Below, one piece after another: positions 63,795 to 64,000 of a stretch of DNA of 64,000 nucleotides. The translations under genes and the position numbers were made by a program. The DNA lies in the NCBI GenBank assembly GCA_963630225.1, contig CAVGLS010000001.1, forward strand, positions 25,287-89,286. Direction: 5' to 3'. Source of the stretch: a bacterium (GTDB taxonomy: Bacteria > Bacteroidota > Bacteroidia > Bacteroidales > UBA932). Below the pieces are notes generated by a model that saw only the letters and a list, made by a program, of their open reading frames with translations, had not been told where the DNA came from and ran no database searches. Position 1 is the first letter of the stretch. Every line of letters starts with the position of its first letter.

Positions 63795-64000
63795 GCTGCT
63801 GTCGCTTTCGGCTCTTCTGCTGTGTGCCTCCTTTGCCGCGCAAGGGCAGGCCAACAGCGGCTATTCTCCATACTCCATCTTCGGAGTGGGAGACCTCAGC
63901 CGTCAGGGTACCGCCTACAACAGGACGATGGGCGGCGTAGGAGTGGCCACGAGGAGCAACAGGTTCATCAACATAATGAACCCCGCCGCGGTCACCGCGA
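63772..64000 (+). CDS. Outer-membrane protein (FadL-like Bacteroidetes barrel), 5' part
   Basis: Not in the ORF track. Manual translation: MSVRISNKLLSLSALLLCASFAAQGQANSGYSPYSIFGVGDL...TMGG...NPAA, open to the window end. Confidence 0.75.
   Translation, partial: MSVRISNKLLSLSALLLCASFAAQGQANSGYSPYSIFGVGDLSRQGTAYNRTMGGVGVATRSNRFINIMNPAAVTA

Overview
Core-chromosome segment of a GC-rich Bacteroidales bacterium (SusC/SusD pair, TAnnTTTG -7 promoter elements). It is probably origin-proximal: there is a parS palindrome at about 51.5 kb and a cluster of TTATCAACA DnaA-like boxes at 59.6-59.8 kb. No rRNA, tRNA, CRISPR, prophage or transposase was recognised. Contents in order: aspS-murB-murA-aspartokinase operon; a tandem pair of 6-pyruvoyltetrahydropterin-synthase-fold genes with different active-site signatures (QueD-type and FolB-bypass PTPS-III-type); serine palmitoyltransferase plus an SDR; folE; a LytS/LytTR system divergent from a complete starch PUL (MFS, SusC, SusD, SusE/F, SusG-like amylase, a double-GH13 fusion, GH97, GH77); nfeD-floA; secDF; dnaE; a second LytS/LytTR system divergent from a five-gene coupled operon (beta-helix lipoprotein, YD-like repeat protein, VTC/polyphosphate-polymerase-domain enzyme, DUF4956 membrane protein, DUF2490-like beta-barrel), which is the best candidate for an undescribed trans-envelope system; a ThiL homologue lacking its catalytic aspartates; glyQS, folK, sufT/sufE/sufS, ruvA, mnmG, ybeY, tonB, hflX, frdAB/sdhAB without its membrane anchor, ruvB, mfd and coaX. 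All family assignments come from recognising motifs by eye, not from database searches. Several starts were moved from the ORF track to a downstream ATG.
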